Counted from the stretch's first letter, positions 18,032 to 27,648 are shown. The stretch: 64,000 nucleotides of DNA from Aquiluna sp. (GCA_028822985.1 JAPKCK010000008.1:112-64111), one strand, 5' to 3'. Notes: generated by a model not told the origin, from the letters alone. Numbers and translations: made by a program.

Positions 18032-18964
18032 ATGAAAAGCTCGACGACGCTTGACCCTGTGCTTCAAAAGCTACCCAAGGCCAAGCGTCGTCGTTCTTTT
18101 TCTAAGCGAGATCGACTCACCCTCGGGATTTTCATTGGAATCCCCACCTTTTTACACGTTGCCTTGGTCTGGTTTCCAGCGGCCGCAACCATCTATTTAT
18201 CTTTCACGTATTGGACCGGTATCCACATTGGTGATATCCAATGGGCCGGGTTAGCCAACTACGAAAACATTTTCTTTAATACCCCCATTTTCTGGGACGC
18301 GCTCCGGGTCAATGTGGTTTGGCTTATCTGGTTTGGCGCGATAGCAACGCCGCTGGGTATTTTGCTTGCCTACCAGATTGACCGCGAAATCAGAGGCAGC
18401 AAGTTTTACCAGGCTGCTTATTACCTGCCGGTTGTTTTGTCTTTGGCGGTCATCGGTGTGATCTGGAACTTCCTGTTGCGGCCGGACGGGTTGGTCAATG
18501 GCCTTCTTGGCCTAGAGATCAGTGAAGCCGTTTCATTCTTTGGCGACGATCGTTATAACATCTGGGTGATTCTGACGATGGCTTCCTGGCGCCACATTGG
18601 TTACATCATGCTTTTGTATTTAGCTGGCCTGAAGGCTGTGGACGCCTCCTTGCGAGAAGCCGCTTCTATCGACGGTGCTACCGAGTGGCAAAGTTTCCGC
18701 AAGGTGGTGTTCCCGACAATGAAGCCGGTGAACGTCATCGTGATTGTGATCACAATCATTGAGTCGCTTCGCGCATTCGATTTGATTTACATCATTTATG
18801 GCTCGTCCGGCGGCTTGCCGATTCTCGGCGTGCTGGTATTTCAGAACATTGCGGGTGAGGGAGCCTCCATGAAGGGCGCCGCCTACGCAGTAATTCTGTT
18901 CTTGCTTTCGATCGTTCCGATCATTGCTTACCTCCGTGCGCAGTTCAAGGAGGACATGAAGTGA
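18032..18964 (+). CDS. Carbohydrate ABC transporter permease
   Basis: YTGI..AGLANY; EAA loop LREAASIDGATEWQSF. Confidence 0.92.
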   Translation: MKSSTTLDPVLQKLPKAKRRRSFSKRDRLTLGIFIGIPTFLHVALVWFPAAATIYLSFTYWTGIHIGDIQWAGLANYENIFFNTPIFWDALRVNVVWLIWFGAIATPLGILLAYQIDREIRGSKFYQAAYYLPVVLSLAVIGVIWNFLLRPDGLVNGLLGLEISEAVSFFGDDRYNIWVILTMASWRHIGYIMLLYLAGLKAVDASLREAASIDGATEWQSFRKVVFPTMKPVNVIVIVITIIESLRAFDLIYIIYGSSGGLPILGVLVFQNIAGEGASMKGAAYAVILFLLSIVPIIAYLRAQFKEDMK

Positions 18965-19893
18965 GTGTGACTGAAGGAAAGTTCGAGAACAAAGCGGAGA
19001 GAAAGTTGTCTAAGGAACAGGAGCGGCTAAAGAAAGTAAAGGACGCCCAAAAAGTTAAGGACCGAATCATTTCGGTCTTCATCGGTTTCTTTGCGATTGC
19101 TTGGCTCTTCCCGATCGTATGGACCTTTTATTCATCGCTTCGGCCATATAAAGAAATTCGTGCCGGAGGCGTGCTGTCCTTCCCCAAGGTATTGAACTTT
19201 GATAACTACACCTCGGCTATTAGCCGAATGGAACTGCCGACTTACTTTTTCAACACCGCGCTGATTACTTTGCCAGCGGTGTTCTTGATTTTGCTCTTGG
19301 GCTCATTGATGGCTTTTGTTGTGACGAGGTATTCATTTAGGGCCAACGTTGCCTTATTGCTTTTGTTCACAGCGGGAAACCTGCTTCCTCCGCAGCTGGT
19401 GTTTATACCGGTGTTCAAGATGTATCTGGCACTAGGCGACCTAGTTGGGGACCGAAGATTTTTGTATGATTCGCCCTTAGGTGTGATTTTGATCCACGTT
19501 GCCTTCCAGATGGGCTTCGCTACCTTCGTTTTGAGTTCTTATATGAAGACGATTCCCAAGGAAATTTCAGAGTCGGCGCTTGTTGATGGCGCTTCGGTGT
19601 TCACCCACTTCTTCAGGGTCATGCTTCCGCTTCTAAGGCCACCACTTGCATCTCTTGGTGTCTTGATGACCACCTGGATCTACAACGACTTCTTCTGGGC
19701 ACTGGTTTTGATGTCGACTGACTCCAAGCGTCCGATTACATCGGCACTTGGAAGACTGACTGGCGAATTCGTGACTGACTACAACCTGCTGGCTGCCGGC
19801 GCGATGATTGCGGCTCTGCCGACCATGGTCGTGTTCTTTGTGCTTCGTAAACAGTTTGTATCAGGTCTGACTCTGGGAGCCACCAAGGGCTAG
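18961..19893 (+). CDS. Carbohydrate ABC transporter permease
   Basis: FDNY; EAA loop ISESALVDGAS; WIYNDFFWAL; C-terminal GLTLGATKG. Confidence 0.92.
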   Translation: MSVTEGKFENKAERKLSKEQERLKKVKDAQKVKDRIISVFIGFFAIAWLFPIVWTFYSSLRPYKEIRAGGVLSFPKVLNFDNYTSAISRMELPTYFFNTALITLPAVFLILLLGSLMAFVVTRYSFRANVALLLLFTAGNLLPPQLVFIPVFKMYLALGDLVGDRRFLYDSPLGVILIHVAFQMGFATFVLSSYMKTIPKEISESALVDGASVFTHFFRVMLPLLRPPLASLGVLMTTWIYNDFFWALVLMSTDSKRPITSALGRLTGEFVTDYNLLAAGAMIAALPTMVVFFVLRKQFVSGLTLGATKG

Positions 19894-19916
19894 CAGGAGC
19901 CTCATTTAGGCCTGCT
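19892..19916. terminator. Short hairpin between convergent genes
   Basis: AGCAGGAGCCT-CATTT-AGGCCTGCT with a one-base bulge. Confidence 0.4.
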
Positions 19917-19917
19917 T

Positions 19918-21108
19918 CTAGGTCTTGTTGGTAACAAGCACCTGTTCATAGCCCCTGAGTACGAAACTCTGTCTTCTAACTGGGGTCTCCGCAAGTTTGA
20001 GCGAGCCAAATCGCTCGATAAGCCTTGGTAGTGAAATCGCCATTTCTAGTCTTGCCAGTGGCGCACCGATGCAAAAGTGAATTCCCGCACCAAAGCCAAT
20101 GTGGGGATTCGGGTTTCTGGCCAGGTCCAATTTGTCCGGGTCCTTGAAAACCCGCTCATCCCGATTGGCGCTTCCAAGTAGCGCTGCAATTTTCTGGCCT
20201 TCTAGAATCTCAACCCCACCAATGTCGGTGTCCTTGGTTGCGGTTCTTTCAAATAAGTGAAGCGGCGCATCGAATCTGAGAAACTCGTCAACTGCCGTTT
20301 CGGCGAGGCCGAAAGGATCGGCGTTTAGAAGTGCTAGCTGCTCAGAATCTTGCAGGGTCGCGACCATCCCATTTCCGAAGCCATTAACCGAAGCCTCGTG
20401 TCCGGCGTTTAGAAGAAGGACACAGGTAGCAATGAGCTCGTGCGCGTTCAGCTTCTCGCCTTCTTCTTCGACTTGAGCCAGCTCGCTAATCAAATCCGTG
20501 CCCGGGTTTTTCTTGCGCTCAAGCATCAGTTCGTGAACGTAGGAGGCAAAATGGATAGAGGCTAGCTTCGCTTCGTCTCTATCACTGTCGCTCGGGCTCA
20601 CCTCATACATCTTGACAATCGACTGGGACCAGGGTCTGAGCAGGTGCTCATCGGCGACCGGGAAGCCCAGCAAGAAGGCAATTACCTTCACTGGCAGCGG
20701 TTCGGCATAGTCGCCAATCAGGTCAAACTGGCCGGTTTCGTTATGTTTTTTTGTCGCTTCATCTAGTAACTCTTTGGTGATGCGCTCAACATCGGGTCTG
20801 AGGCTCTCAATCTTTTTTGGGTTGAACGCTTTCATCACTAGGGAGCGCAACCTGGAGTGCTTGGGCGGCTCGGAGTCGAGTATTGAATCGGAGTGAAGCC
20901 AGTTGAAGGTTTCCCATTCACTAGACGGTGCGTTTTCCTCGAAGATCCGGCCGAGGTCACGGTTTCTTAGAACCTGACTCGCGTCCTTGAAGCCGGCTGC
21001 AAGAAAGGTGCCGGTTTGTTCGTGCCACTGTGGTCCGCCCTTCTCGCGCAGAAGCTTGAGGGCCGGGTATGGGTTGTCTATGAAGTCTGGAGCTGTTAGA
21101 TCAATCAT
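19918..21108 (-). CDS. Cytochrome P450
   Basis: EPPKHSRLRSLV, I-helix LLNAGHEAS, ExxR (DEFLR), heme motif FGAGIHFCIG; ATG 21108 overlaps the nitroreductase stop. Confidence 0.95.
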   Translation of the reverse strand: MIDLTAPDFIDNPYPALKLLREKGGPQWHEQTGTFLAAGFKDASQVLRNRDLGRIFEENAPSSEWETFNWLHSDSILDSEPPKHSRLRSLVMKAFNPKKIESLRPDVERITKELLDEATKKHNETGQFDLIGDYAEPLPVKVIAFLLGFPVADEHLLRPWSQSIVKMYEVSPSDSDRDEAKLASIHFASYVHELMLERKKNPGTDLISELAQVEEEGEKLNAHELIATCVLLLNAGHEASVNGFGNGMVATLQDSEQLALLNADPFGLAETAVDEFLRFDAPLHLFERTATKDTDIGGVEILEGQKIAALLGSANRDERVFKDPDKLDLARNPNPHIGFGAGIHFCIGAPLARLEMAISLPRLIERFGSLKLAETPVRRQSFVLRGYEQVLVTNKT

Positions 21109-21841
21109 TGGGATCAAGCTTTATTTGGTCGATGCCCAGGCGTTCAGCTTCGAATTTATTGATCTTGTCATCGCTTGGGTAACCGAGGGCGATGCCACAC
21201 AGTAACTTGTAGTGTTTTGGAACCTTGAATTCTTTCCTCACCGGCTCCGCCCAGAGAGCGCTTGCTCCTTGGGCACAAGTGCCAAGGCCGTGGGCATGAG
21301 CCGAAAGCATTAGGTTCTGCATGAATAGTCCGGCATCAGACACCGAGTACTCGCCAAGGCCTGAGTGAGTAAAAATAAACAGTGAGACCGGAGCCCCAAA
21401 GAATTCATAGTTTCGGCCCCATTGTTCTTGACGCTTCTGGCTGTCCTCGCGCTTGATGCCCATAAACCCGTACAGGTCAGCGCCAACCTTTTGTTGCCTG
21501 GGCTTTAGGTCTTTGGGGTAGGGGCGAAAAACCCTGTAGTCGGATTTGGGCAGTCCATAACGAGTAATAAATAGCTTGAGCTTTCCGGCGATGCCTGGCT
21601 TTAGAGCGGCGGACGCCGCCTGCCAACGGTTTAGAAATTCTTTTGAAATGCGGTCTCGGCGGTCACCGGATGCAATACCGACCATAAAAGGCCTGGTGTT
21701 TGACCAGGAGGGCGCTGTCATGGCGTCAGTCAGCAAGAGGTCTATGAGTTCTTGGGGGACGGCCTTTCCCAGAAAATCTCGAGTGGTTCTTCTACCCGCA
21801 ACAAATTGTTGCCAGTCGGCTGAATCGATGTTTTTTCGCAC
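21101..21841 (-). CDS. Nitroreductase-family flavoprotein
   Basis: RRTTRDF, APSWSNTRP, QNLMLSAHAHGLGTC, IALGYP. Confidence 0.9.
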   Translation of the reverse strand: MRKNIDSADWQQFVAGRRTTRDFLGKAVPQELIDLLLTDAMTAPSWSNTRPFMVGIASGDRRDRISKEFLNRWQAASAALKPGIAGKLKLFITRYGLPKSDYRVFRPYPKDLKPRQQKVGADLYGFMGIKREDSQKRQEQWGRNYEFFGAPVSLFIFTHSGLGEYSVSDAGLFMQNLMLSAHAHGLGTCAQGASALWAEPVRKEFKVPKHYKLLCGIALGYPSDDKINKFEAERLGIDQIKLDPND

Positions 21842-21850
21842 TCACTTACA

Positions 21851-21967
21851 TTAGCTGTAGTCGGTGAAGAAGCTAGGCGCTAAGGCGCCGATTAGTATCA
21901 TTACCGGCATCAGTGTCACCAGGACAATGATCTGAATGAGGTCCCAATCTATTTTTTTCTTAGTCAT
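21851..21967 (-). CDS. 38-aa single-TM small protein MTKKKIDWDLIQIIVLVTLMPVMILIGALAPSFFTDYS (not in ORF track)
   Basis: RBS AAGGGAG shortly before the ATG; basic N-terminus plus one hydrophobic helix; stop 9 nt before the nitroreductase start. Confidence 0.65.
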   Translation of the reverse strand: MTKKKIDWDLIQIIVLVTLMPVMILIGALAPSFFTDYS

Positions 21968-22002
21968 TCATTTCTCCCTTGAAATGTGTTTTTAAAATTC
22001 TT

Positions 22003-22047
22003 GAAGAAAAGAAACGGCGCCAGGAATGTTCCCGGCGCCGTTTCTTC
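22003..22047 (-). terminator. Intrinsic terminator of the rhodopsin gene
   Basis: 13-bp stem AAGAAACGGCGCC/GGCGCCGTTTCTT with a U-rich tail on the minus strand, just after the stop at 22060. Confidence 0.85.
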
Positions 22048-22059
22048 ATTTGGTGCTAA

Positions 22060-22836
22060 CTACTTTGAAACTTCTTCTTTGTACTCGGTCTTCGCAAACT
22101 CAGCATCGTCAGCAGCGCTCTTGATGCGAGCGATGGTGAAGATCATTAGGCCGAATAGGCACTTAGCAAGGATGTCCGCGATGGTGTAACCGGCTTCACG
22201 AAGAACGAATGACGTCTCGTCGAATCCGGTTGCGTTCATGCTAGCGATGAACGCGATTGGGTAAACACCCCAGGTTGCAAGAAGAAGGAGACGTAGTTCC
22301 TTGATCTTCTTTACAACCCCGGCTGGCTGACGGTCAAGGCTCTTGCCTAGCTCGACGAACAGTACGTAGAGGATGTATAGGAATGGGATGGTTGAAAGCA
22401 AGCCCCATAGTGATGCATCGCCTTCATAGAAAAGGTTTAGCTGGGCATCTCCTGGGTAGCCAAGACCAATCATTAGTGCGGCTGCAGGAACAAGCCTTAC
22501 CAACATCTTGGTCTGAACTGCGCGAGCCAAAGCCAAAACAGCAATGGTCTCAACCAGTAGTAGAGGAACTGTTAGGAACCAGTCGATGTAGCGGTAGCCG
22601 ACGTTGTAGACGACTCCCTCAACTGCTTCGGGTCCGAATGTCTCATTGAAGCTGTCAAACATTCTGAAGTAGTGGTAAGCGGCAATTGCAGTAACTGTTC
22701 CCGAGACCATTACGGCCATGCGGTAACGAGGCAATACGCGCTCACGGGCTACGAACAAAAAGATGGTGGTGAACAACATGCTCGCGATTCCCAGCGAAAA
22801 CAGGTTGTAAAGGAGGTTATATCCTTCATAGCTCAT
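22060..22836 (-). CDS. actR: Actinorhodopsin (xanthorhodopsin-clade light-driven proton pump)
   Basis: 7 TM helices; YHY (helix B His); RYIDWFLTVPLLLVE (DTE motif, Leu tuning residue); WGLLST (antenna-fenestration Gly); DILAK Schiff-base Lys. Confidence 0.95.
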   Translation of the reverse strand: MSYEGYNLLYNLFSLGIASMLFTTIFLFVARERVLPRYRMAVMVSGTVTAIAAYHYFRMFDSFNETFGPEAVEGVVYNVGYRYIDWFLTVPLLLVETIAVLALARAVQTKMLVRLVPAAALMIGLGYPGDAQLNLFYEGDASLWGLLSTIPFLYILYVLFVELGKSLDRQPAGVVKKIKELRLLLLATWGVYPIAFIASMNATGFDETSFVLREAGYTIADILAKCLFGLMIFTIARIKSAADDAEFAKTEYKEEVSK

Positions 22837-23026
22837 TAGTTTTTCCCTTTCGATTTTCTTTTATTTAAAAGCTCACAACGTAGAAAATTTCGACAGGATT
22901 GAATTATCAACTCCGCCGAAATAGCCCATCCATGCGCACTTCACATCATCATTACAACAGATAGTTGTCTGTGAAACTCCTGAAAAGTATAACGTTTTGA
23001 TAACGGAGATTTTGCTGGAATTTTGA

Positions 23027-23491
23027 CTAATACCCCAGCTCCAAGGTGCCGCTCTGAAGCTCCTTGGGAAAGCCCGTGAAGAAGAACTCAACAAGCACCG
23101 GACCCTTGGGTGAAAAGGTTACTTCTTGACGCATGCCCTCGATGATTTTCCCATTGTCGGACCTGAGCAGAAGCCTTAGTTCGCGCGCTCCCTCAAGCCG
23201 GCCGTGGTTCACAAACCTCAATTGGATACTGGTTCCCCACTCGCTAACCACTACAAGGTAGGGCTCCGGGGCGGTTACTAACTCCAAGCCTGCTAGCTTG
23301 TCTATGGGAGCACAATCACTCAGCTGGCAATACTCAATCCGATTCGGATCCAGCTGTGCGATTTGGATTCTGGGGGCGGCCTGCAGAATCCAGTAGCTGA
23401 ATAGAGAGACGACCATAACGGTGGAGATTACAACACTGGCACCAATTGACCACCGCTGGCCGGTGGTGGTGGTCAGCCACGGTCTCTTCAT
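23027..23491 (-). CDS. Hypothetical membrane-anchored protein
   Basis: One N-terminal TM helix and a beta-rich domain with CxxxxC; fills the gap between actR and psuG. Confidence 0.65.
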   Translation of the reverse strand: MKRPWLTTTTGQRWSIGASVVISTVMVVSLFSYWILQAAPRIQIAQLDPNRIEYCQLSDCAPIDKLAGLELVTAPEPYLVVVSEWGTSIQLRFVNHGRLEGARELRLLLRSDNGKIIEGMRQEVTFSPKGPVLVEFFFTGFPKELQSGTLELGY

Positions 23492-23563
23492 TATTTCGCG
23501 CTTTCTAAAAAAAATAATCTACTGCCTTCAGGCCCTCAGCTAACCTTGAGCACTGGAGATGAT

Positions 23564-24469
23564 ATGAAAATTAGCAAAAAGGTTCAAGAAGCACTGAATA
23601 CCAACGGGCCCGTGGTCGCACTCGAGTCTACGATTATTTCCCACGGTCTTCCTTATCCTAGAAATATCGCTGCTGCTAAAGAGTTCGAGCAGCAACTGAT
23701 TGATGCCGGAGTCGTTCCGGCAACGATCGGCATCATCAACGGTGTTCCGACAATCGGTCTTGGTCAAGACGAGTTGGAGCAAATTGCTAGCGAGGGGACA
23801 GCTAAGTCTTCGGTCCGGGATCTTCCCATTATTGCGGCCAAGGGCATCAATGGAGCAACCACTGTTGCAGCTACCGCTTTTCTGGCGGCTAAGGCAGGCA
23901 TAAGAGTCTTTGCAACCGGAGGCCTCGGTGGTGTCCACCAGGGGGCAAGTGAAACGTTTGACGAATCAGCCGACCTGACTACCCTCGCGACTTGCCCGGT
24001 GGTAGTCGTAAGTGCTGGAGTAAAATCCGTCCTGGACATTTCAGCGACCCTCGAAAGACTAGAAACTTTGAGCATCCCGGTGGTTGGTTACAAAACAAAT
24101 AATTTCCCAAGCTTCTGGCTTCCGACGAGTGATTACACCCTGGACTGGAGTGTGGACTCAGCCGATGAAGTGGCAGCGATAGTTTTTCAGCAGCAGAAGC
24201 TTGGCTCTTTGGCGGCGCTGCTGATTGCAAACCCAGTGCCAGATGATCAGGCCTGGAACAAAGCCGACCATGACATTGTCTTGGAAAAAGCATTCGCTGC
24301 TGCAAATAAGGCAGGCGTGCGAGGAAAACATGTCACTCCTTTTCTGCTTGATTTCATAGTGGGGGCTTCCAATCAGGCCTCACTTGAAGTTAACTTGTCA
24401 CTGGTTAGGAATAACATCTTGGTAGCCGCGGAGATCTCCAAGGCCATAGCGCGTGGAGGGGTTAATTAA
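23564..24469 (+). CDS. psuG: Pseudouridine-5'-phosphate glycosidase
   Basis: VVALESTIISHGLPYP, GATTVAAT, FATGGLGGVH, DESADL, TLERLET, VTPFLL; RBS GGAG before ATG 23564. Confidence 0.95.
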   Translation: MKISKKVQEALNTNGPVVALESTIISHGLPYPRNIAAAKEFEQQLIDAGVVPATIGIINGVPTIGLGQDELEQIASEGTAKSSVRDLPIIAAKGINGATTVAATAFLAAKAGIRVFATGGLGGVHQGASETFDESADLTTLATCPVVVVSAGVKSVLDISATLERLETLSIPVVGYKTNNFPSFWLPTSDYTLDWSVDSADEVAAIVFQQQKLGSLAALLIANPVPDDQAWNKADHDIVLEKAFAAANKAGVRGKHVTPFLLDFIVGASNQASLEVNLSLVRNNILVAAEISKAIARGGVN

Positions 24470-25346
24470 AGCTCTAGTTGTTGGAGACATAATCGAAGAT
24501 ATCGTTGTGATGCCGATTGGCCAAGTTCAATCGAACACTGATAACGAATCAAAACTCGTCGCGACCTCGGGGGGTTCAGCGGCGAACTTTGCGGTCTGGC
24601 TAGCCACCTTGCAGATTGAGACGCATTTGTTTGCCCGGGTCGGTAAGGGTGACGGCATAAAGTTTGCCGCCGAGTTCAAGACAAAGAATGTGATTGCACA
24701 TTTGCAGGAAGACAAGGTTCTTTCCACCGGCCGAATAGTAGTTCTGATCGATGGCGATGACCGCACGTTTTTTACCGACAGAGGAGCAAACCAGAACCTT
24801 GAAGTTGGCGTCATGCCTCTTGAGGCATTTGGAGACTTTTTGTACATTTCGGGTTACACGGTGTTATCCATTGGAACTGAGGGAACTCAGAAACTAATGG
24901 CAATGGCAAAAGCCCACGGCATGGTGACTGTATGCGATCCCGGAAGTGCCAGCTTCATCCGAGACTACGGAGCAAAATACTTTCTAGAAGCCATCGAGGG
25001 CGCGGATGTAATTTTTCCAAATCTTGAGGAAGCGCAGGCACTGACCGGCGAGGATTCACCTGCCCGCGTTGCGGACGTCCTTCACGAAAAATTTCCACTT
25101 GTAGTTGTGACACTGGGTAAAGATGGGGCTTACGTAAGAAACCCCACAACCGCGGAACTGGTTCCCGGAGTCAAAGCGAAGGTGGTTGATCCAACCGGAG
25201 CCGGAGACGCATTCGCCGCAATGTTCATGCGCACCATTTTGGACGAAGACGTGAAGGTGACAGAGGCTGCGAAAGTGGCCTGCGAGTTCGCAGCTGAGGC
25301 AATGGAAGTAATCGGCGGTCAGCCACACTCAGCCGAATCCAACTAA
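24453..25346 (+). CDS. PfkB-family carbohydrate kinase (probable pseudouridine kinase)
   Basis: GGSAANFA, VDPTGAGDAF; coupled to psuG. Confidence 0.85.
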   Translation: MEGLIKALVVGDIIEDIVVMPIGQVQSNTDNESKLVATSGGSAANFAVWLATLQIETHLFARVGKGDGIKFAAEFKTKNVIAHLQEDKVLSTGRIVVLIDGDDRTFFTDRGANQNLEVGVMPLEAFGDFLYISGYTVLSIGTEGTQKLMAMAKAHGMVTVCDPGSASFIRDYGAKYFLEAIEGADVIFPNLEEAQALTGEDSPARVADVLHEKFPLVVVTLGKDGAYVRNPTTAELVPGVKAKVVDPTGAGDAFAAMFMRTILDEDVKVTEAAKVACEFAAEAMEVIGGQPHSAESN

Positions 25347-25358
25347 AGACGTTTTTTG

Positions 25359-26210
25359 CTAGTGCCCCTTGGGGTGCCAGACGGTCTTAGTTTCCATCAG
25401 ATCAAGAATGTGCTGAAGTGAGCCCTGCGCCCCGTTTCTTGAGTAGCTGCCTTTGCGAATTACCCGCTTAAGATTTTCGGCAGCCAGCATTTCAAGCTCC
25501 GCAGCGTTCGAGGTGCCTTCCAGGTCAATAGCGTTCACATCCAAGTGAGAGGCGAGCCAGCTTCCGAGTTCACTGGCATTGCCGGTGAGAATGTTGACTA
25601 CTCCGCCGGGTAGGTCAGAGGTTTCCAGCACTTCAGCAAGTGTCACGGCGCAAATCGGCAACGTTTCCGATGAGATCGCAATAACCGAGTTACCAGAAAC
25701 TATCGCCGGGGCGATTGTGTTCACCAGGCCCACCAAAGAAGTGTCTTGAGGCGCAAATGCCGCGACGACTCCAGTTGGTTGATTGGTTGAAATGTTAAAG
25801 AACGGCCCGGCAACCGGATTCATGTTGCCTGCCACCGCATCAATTTTGTCGGTCCAGCCGGCGTGCCAAACCCAGGAATCAATGGCACTGTCTACTTCTT
25901 GGTTAGCTTGCTTTTCGCTCTTGCCGGTTAGTTCGCGAATTTCGGCAACGAACTGCTCACGCCTGCCTTCCAGCATTTCGGCGATTCTGTAGAGAATTTG
26001 TCCGCGGTTATAAGGTGTTGCGCCAGCCCAGCTGGACTGAGCGGAGCGAGCGACAACCACTGAGTCACGCACGTCTTTTCTAGATGCTTTGGCAACGTTT
26101 GCCAGGAACACGCCCTTGTGGTTGTTCACTATGTAGACTCGGCCCGATTCAGATCGAGGAAACTTGCCACCGATGAAGAGTTTGTAGGTTTTCTTTACTT
26201 CCAAGCGCAT
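25359..26210 (-). CDS. Short aldehyde-dehydrogenase-like protein lacking the catalytic domain
   Basis: KLFIGGKFPRSESGR, RGQILYRIAEMLE, LPGGVVNILTG, ETKTVWHP; no ELGGK or catalytic Cys; 283 aa. Confidence 0.85.
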   Translation of the reverse strand: MRLEVKKTYKLFIGGKFPRSESGRVYIVNNHKGVFLANVAKASRKDVRDSVVVARSAQSSWAGATPYNRGQILYRIAEMLEGRREQFVAEIRELTGKSEKQANQEVDSAIDSWVWHAGWTDKIDAVAGNMNPVAGPFFNISTNQPTGVVAAFAPQDTSLVGLVNTIAPAIVSGNSVIAISSETLPICAVTLAEVLETSDLPGGVVNILTGNASELGSWLASHLDVNAIDLEGTSNAAELEMLAAENLKRVIRKGSYSRNGAQGSLQHILDLMETKTVWHPKGH

Positions 26211-27640
26211 TAGTTTGATCCCTTCAAGTAGCTAAGCAATCCGTGACGGCCACCCTCGCGGCCGTAGCCGGATTCTTTGAAGCCGCCAAATGGGCTGGCA
26301 GGGTCGAACTGATTGAAAGTGTTTGCCCACACCACACCGGCGTTTAGTTGATCGGCCATCTTTAGAATCCTTGAGCCCTTTTCACTCCAGACACCGGCGC
26401 TTAGGCCGTACTGAGAGTTATTGGCCTTAGCTACGGCTTCGGCGGGAGTTCTAAAGGTCATGACAGATAGCACCGGCCCGAAGATTTCTTCTCTGACAAC
26501 GGTGTTGGCAGGCGAGACACCCGTGATGATTGTTGGCGCATACCAGAAGCCATTTTTTGGAATTACGCAGGAGGGGGCCCAGGCTTCGCCACCCTCTTTT
26601 ACTCCCTGTTTCACTAAGCGGTCAATCTTCGTGAGCTGTTCCTTGGAGTTGATTGCACCGATGTCGGTGTTCTTGTCCATTGGGTCACCCAGACGAATGT
26701 TCTCCATGCGCGCTTTTAGCTTTTTGATAACTACGTCTTGAACTGACTCTTGGACCAGCAATCTGGAACCGGCGCAGCAGACATGGCCTTGGTTAAAAAA
26801 GATGCCATTTACGATGCCCTCGACTGCTTGGTCGAGAGCGGCATCCTCAAAGACGATGTTGGCGGCCTTGCCGCCAAGCTCCAGAGTTGCCTTTTTATCG
26901 GTGCCGGCAATTTGCTTAGCAATTTTTCTTCCGACGTCAGTGGAGCCGGTAAAGGCAATCTTGTTTACGTCCGGGTGACCGACCATCATGGCTCCGGTGT
27001 CGCCAAAGCCAGTAACTATGTTCACGACACCGTCTGGTAGTTCTGCCTGTTGGCAGATTTCTGCAAACAACAACGCTGTCAAAGGGGTTGTTTCGGCAGG
27101 CTTTAGAACAACGGTGTTGCCCGCGGCAAGTGCCGGAGCAATCTTCCAGGCCAACATCATCAGCGGGAAGTTCCAAGGAACTATCTGCGAGACAACTCCG
27201 TGGGCTCTCGGGTTTGAACCTAGGCCCGCGTAATCGAGCTTGTCGGCCCAGCCTGCGTAGTAGAAAAACCAGGATGCGACCAACGGGATATCAGCGTCGC
27301 GGGTTTCCCTGATCGGCTTGCCGTTATTGAGAGTCTCGGCAACCGCGAGTTCGCGGGAGCGTTCTTGGATAATTCTTGCGATTCGGTAAAGGTATTTGCC
27401 TCTGGTCGCCCCATCCAGTTTGCTCCAGGTTTTCTCATACGCAGTACGTGCTGCTTTCACTGCCGAATCGACATCCTTTGCTGTGCCGTGAGATATCTCG
27501 GCCAGAACCTGCTCGGTCGCAGGGTTGATGGTGCTGAAGGTGTTGGCAGGCTTGGTGAACTTGCCACCAATGAAGTGTCCGTAGGAGGCTTGAAACTTCA
27601 CTAGGTCTTTGGATTCTGGTGCTGGCGAGTAATCAAACAT
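26210..27640 (-). CDS. Aldehyde dehydrogenase
   Basis: PWNFPL, KPAETTP, FTGST, LELGGKA, GHVCCAGSR, EEIFGP, PFGGFKESGYGRE. Confidence 0.95.
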   Translation of the reverse strand: MFDYSPAPESKDLVKFQASYGHFIGGKFTKPANTFSTINPATEQVLAEISHGTAKDVDSAVKAARTAYEKTWSKLDGATRGKYLYRIARIIQERSRELAVAETLNNGKPIRETRDADIPLVASWFFYYAGWADKLDYAGLGSNPRAHGVVSQIVPWNFPLMMLAWKIAPALAAGNTVVLKPAETTPLTALLFAEICQQAELPDGVVNIVTGFGDTGAMMVGHPDVNKIAFTGSTDVGRKIAKQIAGTDKKATLELGGKAANIVFEDAALDQAVEGIVNGIFFNQGHVCCAGSRLLVQESVQDVVIKKLKARMENIRLGDPMDKNTDIGAINSKEQLTKIDRLVKQGVKEGGEAWAPSCVIPKNGFWYAPTIITGVSPANTVVREEIFGPVLSVMTFRTPAEAVAKANNSQYGLSAGVWSEKGSRILKMADQLNAGVVWANTFNQFDPASPFGGFKESGYGREGGRHGLLSYLKGSN

Positions 27641-27648
27641 ATTGGCTC

